From contig NC_068993.1 of assembly GCF_001194135.2 (NCBI RefSeq), forward strand, positions 12,430,331 to 12,465,473: DNA of 35,143 bases. Reading direction: 5' to 3'. The position numbers and the translations under genes are program-made. The notes beneath the pieces are model-generated. The model worked only from the letters and a program-made list of their open reading frames with translations. It ran no database searches and was not told the origin of the DNA. Source of the DNA: Octopus bimaculoides. Lineage: Eukaryota. Of the stretch, positions 23,218 through 35,143 are shown in pieces; position 1 is the stretch's first letter, and each line of letters opens with the position of its first letter.

Positions 23218-24941
23218 NNNNNNNNNNNNNNNNNNNNNNNNNNNNNNNNNNNNNNNNNNNNNNNNNNNNNNNNNNNNNNNNNNNNNNNNNNNNNNNNNNN
23301 NNNNNNNNNNNNNNNNNNNNNNNAATATAAAGAGAGAGAGAGGCAGGGAGAGAGAGTGGGTGAAAAAATTCCTTAAAAAATGTTTCATCAAAAAAAAAAT
23401 TAACATTTTGATAAGACTTTTTGAAAGAGACAAAGAATGAAAAAAATAACAAAATGAATAATGATATTGAAGCACAATGAAAAAAAAATACAATATGGAT
23501 ATTTCTTCGATGTCTTTATCTTTTGGCCAGTAATATTACACTGATATCATTCAAACTATAGTGGTTGCTTCCTTTTCTTCTTTCTTTACCGTTTTCTTTG
23601 ATCATTTACCGTTTCATTCCATCATTTTTTTTTTATCTCTGAATATTCTTTCCCCCCCTTCATTCTTCATTTCATTTCTCTCTTTTTTTTCTTTCTCTAT
23701 ATCCTTCTTTTTCTCATTCTTTCTCATACAAGCTTCTCAATATATCTATTTATCTATCGTTCGTCTGCCAAGTTTCCTCCTTCAGTTTCACCTCTCTTTC
23801 TCTCTGTTTATATCTATGTCTTTATATATATATATATATATATATATATNNNNNNNNNNNNNNNNNNNNNNNNNNNNNNNNNNNNNNNNNNNNNNNNNNN
23901 NNNNTACATATATATCTATCTATCCATCAATCTATCTGTCTATCACACTCGATATTTCTACACATTCTTCCCTTCTTTTCTTTGTTGTTTATTTCATTAA
24001 TTCAATATTTAGTTATCTTGATGGTAAGTGCCGTCGGAGTGAAGGCGATATAAACGCTGTGCTGTAAAAGCCAAGACAGAAAAACTGGTTTCGATGTTAC
24101 ATTGAAGCCAAATCTCTCCATCGACACTTTAATCCCAAATGTTTTTCGGCTACAAACACAAAACATCCTCAGCTGCCTTTATTCAATCGTTTTAAACTAT
24201 TCAGAGTTCTCTTACAACTCAAAATATTCAAAAGCCTTATGTTCCTTTGTATAAGAAATAAACTATACAAATATGAATTCACTACATAAGCGTGATACCG
24301 TTACATAATTTTCTTCTATGATTCCACATTTTCAACATTTCTTCTACTTGTTTTTTTTTTATTATTCTTACTTTAGAAATTATGCTACATTTTAAAAATA
24401 TTTTCTGTGACATAATTAAATGTTACCCCTTACACAATGAATTCTCTGTTGTTGTTAAGACTACATATAACAAGCTTTTACTTCCTCGTGAGTACAACTG
24501 CGTCCTTAGACAACTTAGAAATCGTAATCACTTCGGTTCTCTTATTTTAACACAGATTCAATTGTCTTATTTCTTTCATGTCCAACTATCCACACATACA
24601 GTCCTTTGTAACATTACACCCATAACCACGCTAATAGCTTATGAGTGAAATTTATGATTTCTCCGATTTCTGTGAATCAATTTTGATAAAACTCTTCCCA
24701 GTTGGTTTGCACACCATGGCAACACCATTGTTATGTTTCCGTTAGTCTTTGTAACGACCTTTCATTTTTATTTCAGATTCTTCAGCCTTGGGTGAACCAC
24801 GCCAAATAGCTTTGAATGAAAATAGCCCATCTAGACATTTGTTTTCAGAAAATGAAGGATAATGATATATATTAAGTATACATTGAGTATATATTTAACA
24901 GAAAACCATAACGATATTATAACATTTATAGACATAATGAA

Positions 24942-25414
24942 TTATTTAGCCACATGAGCGTCATTTCGAAAAGTTACTTCAAAAACCATATCAGTCGTGC
25001 AATATATCAATTTCTTAATAGTAGCAGACTGGAATGCCTCTGCTGCAGCTTCGATGGTGGCCCATAAGACAAGTTTCGATGTAAATTGGCGTCATCGGCA
25101 TAAACATTTCGTTTAATGATGGACCAAAGATTTTCGATAGGGTTGAGATACGTAGATGCTAGCGGCCACACCGTCACTCTTTCACCCTCTATGCCGTAAA
25201 ACCATAGAAATGTTTGGGTGACCTTATCAGAGAGGGTGGGAGCATATTCATGCATGAATACGAGATTCCTTAGCAGTGACAGCATTATATCATTTAGCCA
25301 GGGATTCAAGACCTCCTTCAGGAGTTTGCAATAGGCGGCTGCAGTCAATTTAACCTCTTCAGACACCCTGACTGGGCCAACAAGTTTATCCCTTATGATA
25401 CTAGCCCACAACAT
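24942..25414 (-). pseudogene. Tc1-superfamily transposase, C-terminal half, DD37E spacing (TRT/ITmD37E-like), frameshifted
   Basis: LWASII..VGPVRV...FMHEYAP...WPLASTYLNPIENLWSIIKR (decayed HDNAP and WPxxSPDLNPIENLW); 37 residues between the second-D position and E. After a frameshift it reads RQFTSKLVLWATIEAAAEAFQSATIKKL...AHVAK*. The 5' side is truncated at a (TATG)n tract. Confidence 0.88.
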
Positions 25415-26171
25415 GACTCCATGTATGTATGAATGTATGTATGTATGTATGTATGTATGTATGTATGTATGTATGTGTCTCTTTCTTTCTCGATCGGTTA
25501 TATTGCACTTTTATAAAGCTTGGGCGGGATCCTTGACAAGACCTCTTTTCTTCGGAAACAGAAGAAGGCTAATGAGTGACGGAAGAATAGCAATCTCTAT
25601 TCTAGAAAAACTGATATACCGCTGCAAAATTCAAGGACTCACAGATCAGTAGTATAGTACGAAACAGACGGTAAGACGAAATACACAAATGTATATATCA
25701 TGAAACCCCATTATCTTTTTGCATTTAACTGACCACACATTTATTAATATATCTGTTCTTATTTACGTTCTTCGAGACCCCCAAGCAGCAGATATTTATA
25801 ATTGAACGTATTGCTGAAGAAGGCTGAATTTTGTCGACGCATACGTAATTTATTTTGCTGAATTAAAAATAATATTAATATAATTATGCTTTCTTTCTAA
25901 ACATTTGATTCATACTTTAGCGAGGATGTACGCCTTCAGCATAGAGTAATGGAAGTGAATACAGCCAATAAATTAATTATGTTGTGTAAATAATAACTGT
26001 GTTCATTTAAAATCCCTCTGGTTGAAAGTGACAAAAATTACTTGCTTGTTTAATTAGTTATAATAGATTAATTAACTATCTACCGTTCCATTATTTACGC
26101 TGACAACGCACAAAATAGCGAAACAGGTTGTTTATTGGTACAAATCTATGAAAACAAAAACAAAAAACTAA

Positions 26172-26403
26172 ATATTAATATTGGCGTCAAGTTTTGGCAG
26201 AATACCAGCAATTTCGAGCGGGCGTGGGTTTAGTTGAACACATCGACCTCAGTATTTAAGTGGTATTTGCTTCGTCGAGTCAGAAAAACATGAAAGACAA
26301 AATTGACCTCGGTGGAATTGGAGCTCAGAACGTAAGGACGGACGAAACGTCGTTAAGCATTTCACCCGGCGAGCTAACAACGATTCTGTCAGCTCGTTGC
26401 CTT
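26172..26403 (-). mobile_element. SINE family A, copy 1 of tandem trio
   Basis: Reverse complement: GGCAACGAGCTGACAGAATCG...CGTTCTGAGCTCCAATTCCACCGAGGTCAA. Confidence 0.85.
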
Positions 26404-26414
26404 TTATTAAATAT

Positions 26415-26634
26415 TGATATGGATTCCAAATTTTGGCATAAGGCCAGCAAGTTCAGGAGAAAGGATATGTCAATTAAATCTACCCCACTAATCAACAGGT
26501 ACTCATTTTATCGACCCCAAAGGAGTAAAAGATAATTCGACCACTTTGGAATTTGAACTGAGAATGTAAACACAAACGAAATCCTTCTAAACATTTTCCT
26601 CGGCACGATAACGATTCTCGCAGCGCGCCACCTT
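26415..26634 (-). mobile_element. SINE family A, copy 2 of tandem trio
   Basis: Reverse complement: AAGGTGGCGCGCTGCGAGAATCG...CAGTTCAAATTCC..GTGGTCGAA..GGGGTCGATAAAATGAGTACC. Confidence 0.85.
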
Positions 26635-26647
26635 ATTATTGGGTTCA

Positions 26648-26840
26648 TAATGGTTTCATATTATGGCACAAAGCTAGCAATTTAGTGGGAGGGGCTAAGC
26701 CTATTACAACGATCCCAGTGCTCTACTAATACTTATTTTATCGAATCCGAAAAGACAATGTCGACCTCGGCAGAATTTGAAATTAGAAAGTAACAACGGA
26801 CAAAATGGTGCTAAGCATTTTGCCCGGAGTGTTAACGATA
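26648..26840 (-). mobile_element. SINE family A, copy 3 of tandem trio, head truncated
   Basis: Reverse complement: ATCGTTAACACTCCGGGCAAAATGCTTAGC...TTCAAATTCTGCCGAGGTCGAC. Confidence 0.8.
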
Positions 26841-26845
26841 TAACT

Positions 26846-26955
26846 GGTACTAGGCTTACAAAGAACAACTCTTAGGGTCAATTTTTTCGGTTAAAGGCAG
26901 TGCTCCAGCATGGCTGCTGTCAATCGACTGAAACAAGTAAAAGAATAAAAGAATA
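26846..26955 (+). mobile_element. SINE family B, 3' fragment
   Basis: GTACTAGGCTTACAAAGAA..GTGCTCCAGCATGGC..GACTGAAACAAGTAAAAGAATAAAAGAATA; matches the reverse complement of about 21500-21610. Confidence 0.85.
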
Positions 26956-27069
26956 TATATATATATAAGGGATAAAAATCCAAATTTACAGGTGAAAACT
27001 CAATTAAATTCAATTTATCAAAAATCAAAAATTAAATCAAGTTTCACAGTATATAATACATAAATATAT

Positions 27070-27333
27070 AATTTAGAGAAAAGAACCAAAGTTCATGAAT
27101 TCAACCATGAAAATCCACAGTCACATATAGAAAAATTTAATAAGTAAATACACTAAAAAGAATTATAATAAAATACAAAGTAATTACCAAAATAATATTA
27201 TATAATATTTTAATGACTATTACTTTGTATTTTATTATAGTTCTTTTTAGTGTATTTACTTATTAAATTTTTCTATATGTGACGGTGGATTTTCATGGAT
27301 AAGTTCATGAACTTTGGTTCTTTTCTCTAAATT
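27070..27333. repeat. Long inverted repeat, arms of at least 115 bp, 34-nt spacer
   Basis: 27070-27184 versus 27219-27333: 5 mismatches, no indels; the right arm runs into an N gap. Confidence 0.92.
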
Positions 27334-27404
27334 NNNNNNNNNNNNNNNNNNNNNNNNNNNNNNNNNNNNNNNNNNNNNNNNNNNNNNNNNNNNNNNNNNN
27401 NNNN

Positions 27405-27435
<31 letters not shown>

Positions 27436-27849
27436 CGCATGTATGTACGCAACATATATGGGTGTTGTTCACCCTGTCTATTTACGCCCCATAAATTGAC
27501 GACTCAATAAACAGAGATAGACAAAATGATAAATTAAGTACGATATCCAAAATGTGAAGTGGGGTTGATACGATTGGTTAAAACGTTGAATCAGTCGCGC
27601 TATAACCGCCATAATCAAATGACCGTTAATGAAAGGAAGCAAAACAAAGAAACAAAATCAACCGACCTGGAACTCAGAATGTCAAGAACGTAAACAAAAA
27701 TACTGTGAGGAATTATAATTGGCGTCTTACTGTTCATGACATCCACCTTCAATTTAATAACAATCTCTTACGTTGGATTTCGTATCCTTGGCTAAATAAC
27801 TGCAGTGCTCACTTTCGTTTATACTTTCATCCAGTCTTTCACTGATCGC

Positions 27850-28330
27850 TACCTTTTCGCTTTCTATCTTTCTGTCATCTTCCTTTCTTTCTGTCATCTT
27901 CCTTCCTTTCTTTCTGTCATCTTCCTTCCTTTCTTTCTGTCTTTCGTTCTTCCTTTCTGTCTCACTCACTTCCTTCCTTCCTGTGTTTCTTTCTTTCTTT
28001 GCCTTTTCTTTTATTATTTCTTTCTTACATTCTCTCTCTTTCTTCGCTTCTTTCTTTCATTTTTTCTTCCTTTCTGCCTTTTTTTCTTTCTTTCTTTCTT
28101 ACTTTCTTTCTTTCTTTCTTTCTTTCTGTCTTTCGTTCTTCCTTTCTGTCTCACTCACTTCCTTCCTTCCTGTCTTTCTTTCTTTCTTTCCTTTTTCTTT
28201 TGTTATTTCTTTCTTACATTCTCTCTATTTCTTCGCTTCTTTCTTTCATTTTTTCTTCCTTTCTGCCTTTCTTTCTTCCTTTCTTTCTTTCTTTCTTTCT
28301 TTCTTAACTTCTTCTTTATGCATCTCTTTG
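27850..28330 (+). repeat. Polypyrimidine (CTTT-type) tract with an internal duplication of about 150 bp (period 189)
   Basis: TTTCGTTCTTCCTTTCTGTCTCACTCACTTCC... at 27942 and 28131. Confidence 0.85.
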
Positions 28331-28752
28331 TTCCAATCGCGCTTTCTTTTCCTCTATCTCTCTTTCTTTCTACCAATAACGAAACATTACGCATACTATA
28401 TTTATTTGTGTGTGTGTGTGTGTATGTGTGAGTGTGAGTATATGCAAGAGAGAGAGAGAGAGAGAGAAAGTGCGCGCGTGTGTATATGTGTGTGATAGAT
28501 TCCCTTTTCGCGGACGAAAAAGGTGCATTCAGAGAAAGATACTGTTAATTATGTTCCATGGACATGCATCTTTCTCTTGATGCCTGCTGGAAGCTTGCAA
28601 ACCTTTTAGCAAATGGGACAATTTGAGGATTCAGTTTGCTCGGGTGCTACTGAACCATTTAACACATGTTTTCTTGAGTGGACGGCATCGTCTGCTTTGC
28701 TCCATGCCACAAGATCACAACATGTATATATATATATATATCGCAAGATCCT

Positions 28753-28796
<44 letters not shown>

Positions 28797-28853
28797 TTTT
28801 ATGTATGTGCGTATGTGTGTGTGTGTGTGTATGTGAGTATGGATGTGTGTATA

Positions 28854-29072
28854 CGAGGTGGATGCTGAAAATTTCCTGGGTTTGAGGAAAAGAAAATACA
28901 GGCCAATCAGTTAATTATGATTTCATTCAACATATTTCCCTTTCATATTCACTCAATTATTGTAGCGATCCTTCAGGTTTTGTAAGCCCTGTAAAAGATC
29001 TCTCAAAGTTGGGCCACCGACTAGGCCTTTCACGGTAACGTTAAGGCCAGGAACTTTGCAGAACCCCCCTCA
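28854..29072. mobile_element. mariner-type MITE with TA TSD
   Basis: Left TA-CGAGGTGGATGCTGAAAATTTCCTGGGTTT; reverse complement of the right end TA-TGAGGGGGGTTCTGCAAAGTTCCTGGCCTT. Confidence 0.75.
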
Positions 29073-29583
29073 TATACACACACACACACACACACACACA
29101 TACACACACATATATGCACATACAACACAAACATACATGCATGTACTATAGATATATATGGGTGTGTGTGTGTAGATATATGTATGCATGTATGTATGTA
29201 TGTTTATATTCATGTATGTATGTCCTACGTAAAATAGGATTCACTGAGTAGTCCTGATGCTATTGAAACACGAGTGTTTCTATCATCGGTTGCTTATAAA
29301 AACGGATCCAAGCCTATCTTCATTTCTATATTGCTTACGGTTTCCAGAAATTTCGATGGCATAGGAGTGGACTTCCTTGTTTGTTGTTTTCAGACATTAG
29401 AGAGCCCTTAAGGAAGATTTATCAACTTATTGCTTGGATAATCTGCATTCACCAGAGATTTTCATCTCCCTATTTTGCATATGCCATTTTATCTCTTCTC
29501 CCATTCATTCTCAAGTCTTAGCTACACCCTTTCCCTCTCTCTATCTCTATCAATTTCTCTCTCACTCTCTCTCTTGCTATATA

Positions 29584-29642
<59 letters not shown>

Positions 29643-29740
29643 TGCATCCAGCCATGCATCCATCCGTCTATCCTTCCATCTATTTTTCTTTTCATCTATC
29701 TCTATCTATCTATCTTTCTTTTTAACTATCTATCCAATTA

Positions 29741-29773
<33 letters not shown>

Positions 29774-29940
29774 TATATGTATGTAGATATATATGTCTTT
29801 GTATGTGTGTGCGCGTGTGAGTGTGTGTTTGTGTGGCTGTGTGTATGTATATACATATATAAACATAAACTTACATAGATCATTCTTTCTACTTATCTGT
29901 CTTTGTTTATCTATCTAGCGATCAATCAATACATATATGA

Positions 29941-29977
<37 letters not shown>

Positions 29978-30347
29978 TATATATATATATATATGTATGT
30001 ACGTATGCATGTATGTATGTATGTATGCATCTATATATATATATATATATATATACNNNNNNNNNNNNNNNNNNNNNNNNNNNNNNNNNNNNNNNNNNNN
30101 NNNNNNNNNNNNNNNNNNNNNNNNNNNNNNNNNNNNNNNNNNNNNNNNNNNNNATGCATATATACAGAGAGAGAGAGAGAGAGAGAGAGTTAGATCGATA
30201 AATAGACAGACAGACAGACAGATAGATAGAGAGATAGAGAGATAGATAGATATGTATATATTTCTCTATCTGTCTATATTTCTCATACACACATACACAT
30301 ATATATAAAGACGCAAAAAACACATACACAGATACTCAAATGCAAAT

Positions 30348-30389
<42 letters not shown>

Positions 30390-31740
30390 CCATTCTTTCA
30401 CATCATACCCTCATTGTTATTTCTCTCTTTCAAAATCTTTCAGTCTAAACGTTTTACTGCTCGAAGCATCTGTTTTAAGTAGCTATATTTTATGCGGTCG
30501 ATTTACTATCAACCTTTGTGTGTATTTTCATTTGCTCCCGCTACTGTTTTTGTTGTTGTTGTCGCTACTGTTGTTATTGTTATCCTTTTCCTTCTTCTTC
30601 ATCCTCTTTTTTTTATTATGTATTTATTATTTACTTATTTATTTATTCGTTTATTTATTATTATTTTTTCTTTGGGATTTCGTCATGTCCTCGCTATCCC
30701 AGATATTCTCCCACAGGTCAATTACAAAGCAGACTCCGATAAACAATAGTAAGAAAGAGAAGAAGGAAAGAAACAGGAAAGAAAGAACAAATTAATGGTA
30801 AAAAAAAAAAGAAAAATGGAGAGAAAGAGAAAAAGAAAAAGAAAGGGATAAAAACAGAAGAAAGAAGAAGAAAAAAACGAGAAAAACATGATGTGGAAAA
30901 GAAAATTATTAAACAAACATTCTGAGTAAATAAATAATGTTTAAGTGAAATTCTCACAAACTATTTTCACGTGCGCCTACATAGGAGTATGTGTGGGGTA
31001 TGTGGGTACTGTAAGGGTGTATATAGCAGTGATTGGATATACGTGGGTCTATGAATTTATATCTATTTGTGTGTGTGTATGTGCGTGCGTGCATGTGTCT
31101 GTGTGTCTGTGTGTTTGTGTGTTTGTGTGTGTGAGTGAGTGTGTATGTGTGTATGTCTGTGCTTGTGTGTGTGTGTGTATGTGAGTGTGTGTGTGCGGTT
31201 CTGTGTGTGAATGTAAGCATGTGTATGTCTGTATGAAATGTGTATGCTTTGTATTTTCTCTTTAACTCGATAAAGATGGTTGACTGTCTGAAGTAGATAT
31301 TCGAGTGTGTTTGTGTGTGGAGGGGAGAGAGAGAGAGAGCATGTGCGCACGCGTGTGTGTGTGTCTGCCAGTGTTTATATATGTGTGCACGTTTGCGAGC
31401 ATATAACACATGTGTTTCGTACTGTCTTTTCATTCGTACAAGAAAGTATATATATATATATATATATATATATNNNNNNNNNNNNNNNNNNNNNNNNNNN
31501 NNNNNNNNNNNNNNNNNNNNNNNNNNNNNNNNNNNNNNNNNNNNNNNNNNNNNNNNNNNNNNNNNNNNNNNNNNNNNNNNNNNNNNNNNNNNNNNNNNNN
31601 NNNNNNNNNNNNNNNNNNNNNNNNNNNNNNNNNNNNNNNNNNNNNNNNNNNNNNNNNNNNNNNNNNNNNNNNNNNNNNNNNNNNNNNNNNNNNNNNNNNN
31701 NNNNNNNNNNNNNNNNNNNNNNNNNNNNNNNNNNNNNNNN

Positions 31741-31784
<44 letters not shown>

Positions 31785-32112
31785 GTATGTGCATTGTATA
31801 ATGCGCGTGTGTATTTATATAAGTGTGCTTCTCAGCGAATACATGTGTGCATGTATATACATTTATGTTTGTGCGCCTGTGGTTTCAGTGTGTGCAATGA
31901 AGGGTAAACTATCAAGGAGAAACGGATTTTCTACTCAGTGTAGCCATCATATCAATAAAAGCATTTTCCTTAGGAAAGTTCATATGTATCACCGTGTCGA
32001 GTGCGTGCCCCATATTTATCTTTATTTTTCCTTCCTTGTACTGCCTCCAATGACCACTTAAACTGTAGTCTACATTATTAAAATAAATGTTAATAAAGCC
32101 GTGCTATGTGAA

Positions 32113-32320
32113 GGCAGAGATCTGGCGTGATCGTTAGCACGCCGGGTGAAATGCTTAGCGGCATCTTGTACGTATCTAAGTTCAAATTCCACCAAGGTCG
32201 ACTTTGCCTTTGATATCTTTCGTGGTAGATAAAATAAGTTCCAGTTAAGCAATAAGGTACAAGCAAACATCGAACGCTCTGCCTCGAAGTTGCTGGCCTT
32301 GTGCCAATATTTGAAATCAA
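32113..32320 (+). mobile_element. SINE family A, near full length
   Basis: ATCGTTAGCACGCCGGGTGAAATGCTTAGCGGC..AGTTCAAATTCCACCAAGGTCGACTTTGCCTTT..GATAAAATAAG..GCTGGCCTTGTGCCAATATTTGAAA. Confidence 0.88.
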
Positions 32321-33152
32321 TAATTTTTCAGTACGTAAATTACAGATATAGAGAAAATTTGTATCTCACCAGCATTTGGTCAATTCATCCGGAATATGCT
32401 TACGTTGAAACTTCATTCGTGTCAATTTTACAAATTCGAAATTGCCTAAATAGTTCATAGATACGAATGCTCCATGAACGGTTTGTGTTTTTAAACCGAA
32501 TGTAGTTTTTCTGGTGTTATATTTATTCCTGAAGATGTGTAAAGAAATTTTGATTTATTAAGACTCTTAATGAATTCTTTATACTGTAATATATATTGAA
32601 GTAGATAAATATGTTCATTGGAATATAAACGTATTTGCGTCGTAACTCCTTTATTATTATTAATATAACCAAAAGGATCGATTCTTGAAGAGTCTACTTA
32701 CCTTCACTGTCGTTTTTTTTCTGCTATTTTGAGTTAGCTTGCCAATTATGTTTGTTTGTAGTTAATTTATAATATATATATATATATANNNNNNNNNNNN
32801 NNNNNNNNNNNNNNNNNNNNNNNNNNNNNNNNNNNNNNNNNNNNNNNNNNNNNNNNNNNNNNNNNNNNNNNNNNNNNNNNNNNNNNNNNNNNNNNNNNNN
32901 NNNNNNNNNNNNNNNNNNNNNNNNNNNNNNNNNNNNNNNNNNNNNNNNNNNNNNNNNNNNNNNNNNNNNNNNNNNNNNNNNNNNNNNNNNNNNNNNNNNN
33001 NNNNNATTTGTTTTGCAAGATTTTTATTGGCTAAACTGGCAATATGACCATCCCCAAGTACAACAACGTATATATATATATATATATATATATCATATGT
33101 GACAATTATTATATGTGACATAATAAAACTCCGAGTGTCGGATGTCGGGGCG

Positions 33153-33243
33153 GAAATCTGCTCCAGCATCTCGTCGGTTATTAAGACAAACGAAAATGCA
33201 TTCTGTTTGTCTTAACAGCTGACGAGATACCGAAGCAAATTTC
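33153..33243. other. 91-nt fold-back: 39-bp gap-free stem, 13-nt loop
   Basis: 32 of 39 pairs are Watson-Crick; all 7 others are transitions (5 become G-U on the minus strand, 2 on the plus). Confidence 0.85.
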
Positions 33244-33632
33244 ATCCCTGTTATAATAACAGAAGCATTAACCTATCATTCTACTGGAAATCAAATAGAC
33301 TTTAGCCCCTACACTGTCGCGGCAGTTGCTTTCAGTTTGCAAAGAATGTCTACATATACTGCAAAGAAATTCGCCCGACAGCTCTAGCATGTCGGGCAAT
33401 CGACTACCTTGGAGAAATAACGTCTTTATCGATTTAAAATTTTCGTCGTGTTTTGAGGCGTTCCACAGGCAATGTTTTCGAATAAAGCATGTGCTTCTGT
33501 CTATAAATGTTGATGCGGAATATGGATATCATTATATATCATACTAGAGTAGTTTTTTTTTATGTGTATTACTGTTTAATGATCCATCACATGTTTCTCC
33601 ATTCAATACAATTGCAGCAAAAAAAAGATGAC

Positions 33633-33646
33633 ATTATAATTATAAT

Positions 33647-33733
<87 letters not shown>

Positions 33734-33764
33734 GTTTATTATTATTATTATTATTATTATTATT
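33633..33764. repeat. (TAA)n abutting (ATT)n; includes a perfect 68-bp palindrome at 33648-33715
   Basis: Centre AA|TT at 33681/33682. Confidence 0.95.
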
Positions 33765-33982
33765 GAGTGAGAGAGCAGTGCATGCCATCAAAGTGACTCT
33801 GGGGTAAAATATACGATGCCCGTTATACCGATCTTGACTACCCGTCTGATAAGGGTACAGCAGGCACATGCATCGCAACCATATGTGAGCGACATGGTGA
33901 TCTCATATCAAAATAAACAGCGCATGACCTCGCAGTTAGAATTTTCTTCAGGTCGAGTAGCCCATCCCACTGAAAAGGTCTG
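33765..33982 (-). mobile_element. Probable 3' end of a retroposon whose terminus abuts (AAT)n (Dong/R4-like behaviour)
   Basis: Minus strand ends ...GCATGCACTGCTCTCTCACTC directly before (AAT)n. Recalled as a recurrent octopus repeat next to ATT arrays; no coding motif in the window. Confidence 0.45.
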
Positions 33983-34527
33983 AAACACGTAAAAGAATTA
34001 AAGAATAAAAGAATATATATATTTATCAGAGTAATTTGTAAATATTATTATTCAAAAGTAGTGTAAAGTATTTCTTAATCTGTAACAGATGTAATCAATA
34101 GGGTGGGGGGAGAGATTCAAATTGCTGTTCAGGATATAGGTCTCAGGTCAGTTGTGTATGGGTGTGTGTGGGTCTATGTGTGTGTATAATCATGTGTGTA
34201 TATTGGTCTATATATATATATATATATATGTGCGTGTGTGTGTGTGTGTGTGTGCGTATGCGTGCATGTATGTGAGTGAGTGTGATTTCGTGTATGTGTG
34301 TATTCTTGCGCGCGCGTGCGCATAAGTGTATAAGTGTCAGCTTACATGACTGGGCATACATTTTACTGATCTGTCAATCTCTGTTTCTCTATCGTCCTCT
34401 CTCTATGTCCCTCTGTTTCTCTCTCACTCTCTCTCTCTCTCTGTATATATAAATAAATAAATATAAATATATATATATATATCTATATAAATAAATATTT
34501 GTATGTATATACATATATACTTACATG

Positions 34528-34605
<78 letters not shown>

Positions 34606-35143
34606 GATTGCTTTTACAATACACAACAATATACAATGATTATGTTGTATATACTGCCCACATGTAACTCCCCTCTCTCTATTTCTGTCTCACTAACACA
34701 CGCACATACACACACACATATATATATGTATATATTATGGCTTGGTAATTTCCGTTGCGCTAAGCATAAGGCTGTCAATTTCCCACGAATATCTTCGCTT
34801 CCCTACTTAATCATATGCAATCTCAATTTCAATATGAATAAAAGTAGATGATAATATTCAGGTCGGCCTTTCTGATCGAATATAAATGAATGAAGAGGAT
34901 AGCCAGTTTTTTCATGCTAGATTACATTCTTTACAAAAATATCCGATCCTTAATTTTTATGACTTCCTCATTTTTTTCAAGCTTTTACTCTCGCCCCACC
35001 ACGGCCTACGACAATCCTAGCACCGCCATCTTTAACAACTTTTTGTAGCAATAATGATGAGGACAATGATGACCCTGATGAGTATGATAAAACAAAATAG
35101 CAATGATAATGACAATAATAATAATAATAATAATAATAATAAT

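Noticed and set aside
25640-25680. CAGATCA-GTAGTATAGTAC-GAAAC..GTA hammerhead-like spacing
   Set aside because: Two core substitutions and no helix I.
33219-33236. CTGACGAG-ATAC-CGAAG hammerhead-like core
   Set aside because: Helix II is 1 bp, A15.1 is missing, and the segment is better explained as the right arm of the 33153-33243 hairpin.

Overview
Eukaryotic, AT-rich, repeat-dominated non-coding DNA. The SINE families, the microsatellite load and 12 N-gaps mostly flanked by (TA)n suggest a short-read coleoid cephalopod assembly, probably Octopus (inference from recognised repeat families). I cannot support any intact protein-coding gene or host exon; nearly all ORFs in the track come from N-runs or simple repeats. 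The window holds these remnants: (i) the 3' end of an R4/Dong-like (RLE) LINE sitting in (CATA)n; (ii) an RTE-LINE C-terminal fragment; (iii) a Tc1-type transposase fragment with DD37E spacing; (iv) three TA-flanked Tc1/mariner MITEs, one with its interior amplified into three 85-bp units; (v) about 8 copies of one tRNA-derived SINE and 2 of a second; (vi) several fold-back structures. The best leads are a minimal hammerhead-ribozyme motif on the minus strand (19203-19243, with a decayed sister at 14445), a gap-free 39-bp-stem hairpin whose mismatches are all transitions (33153-33243), the MITE-to-tandem-repeat intermediate (22244-22540) and a start-less 185-codon poly-Asp frame missed by the ORF track (12691-13248). 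Family names come from memory of motifs, not database searches.
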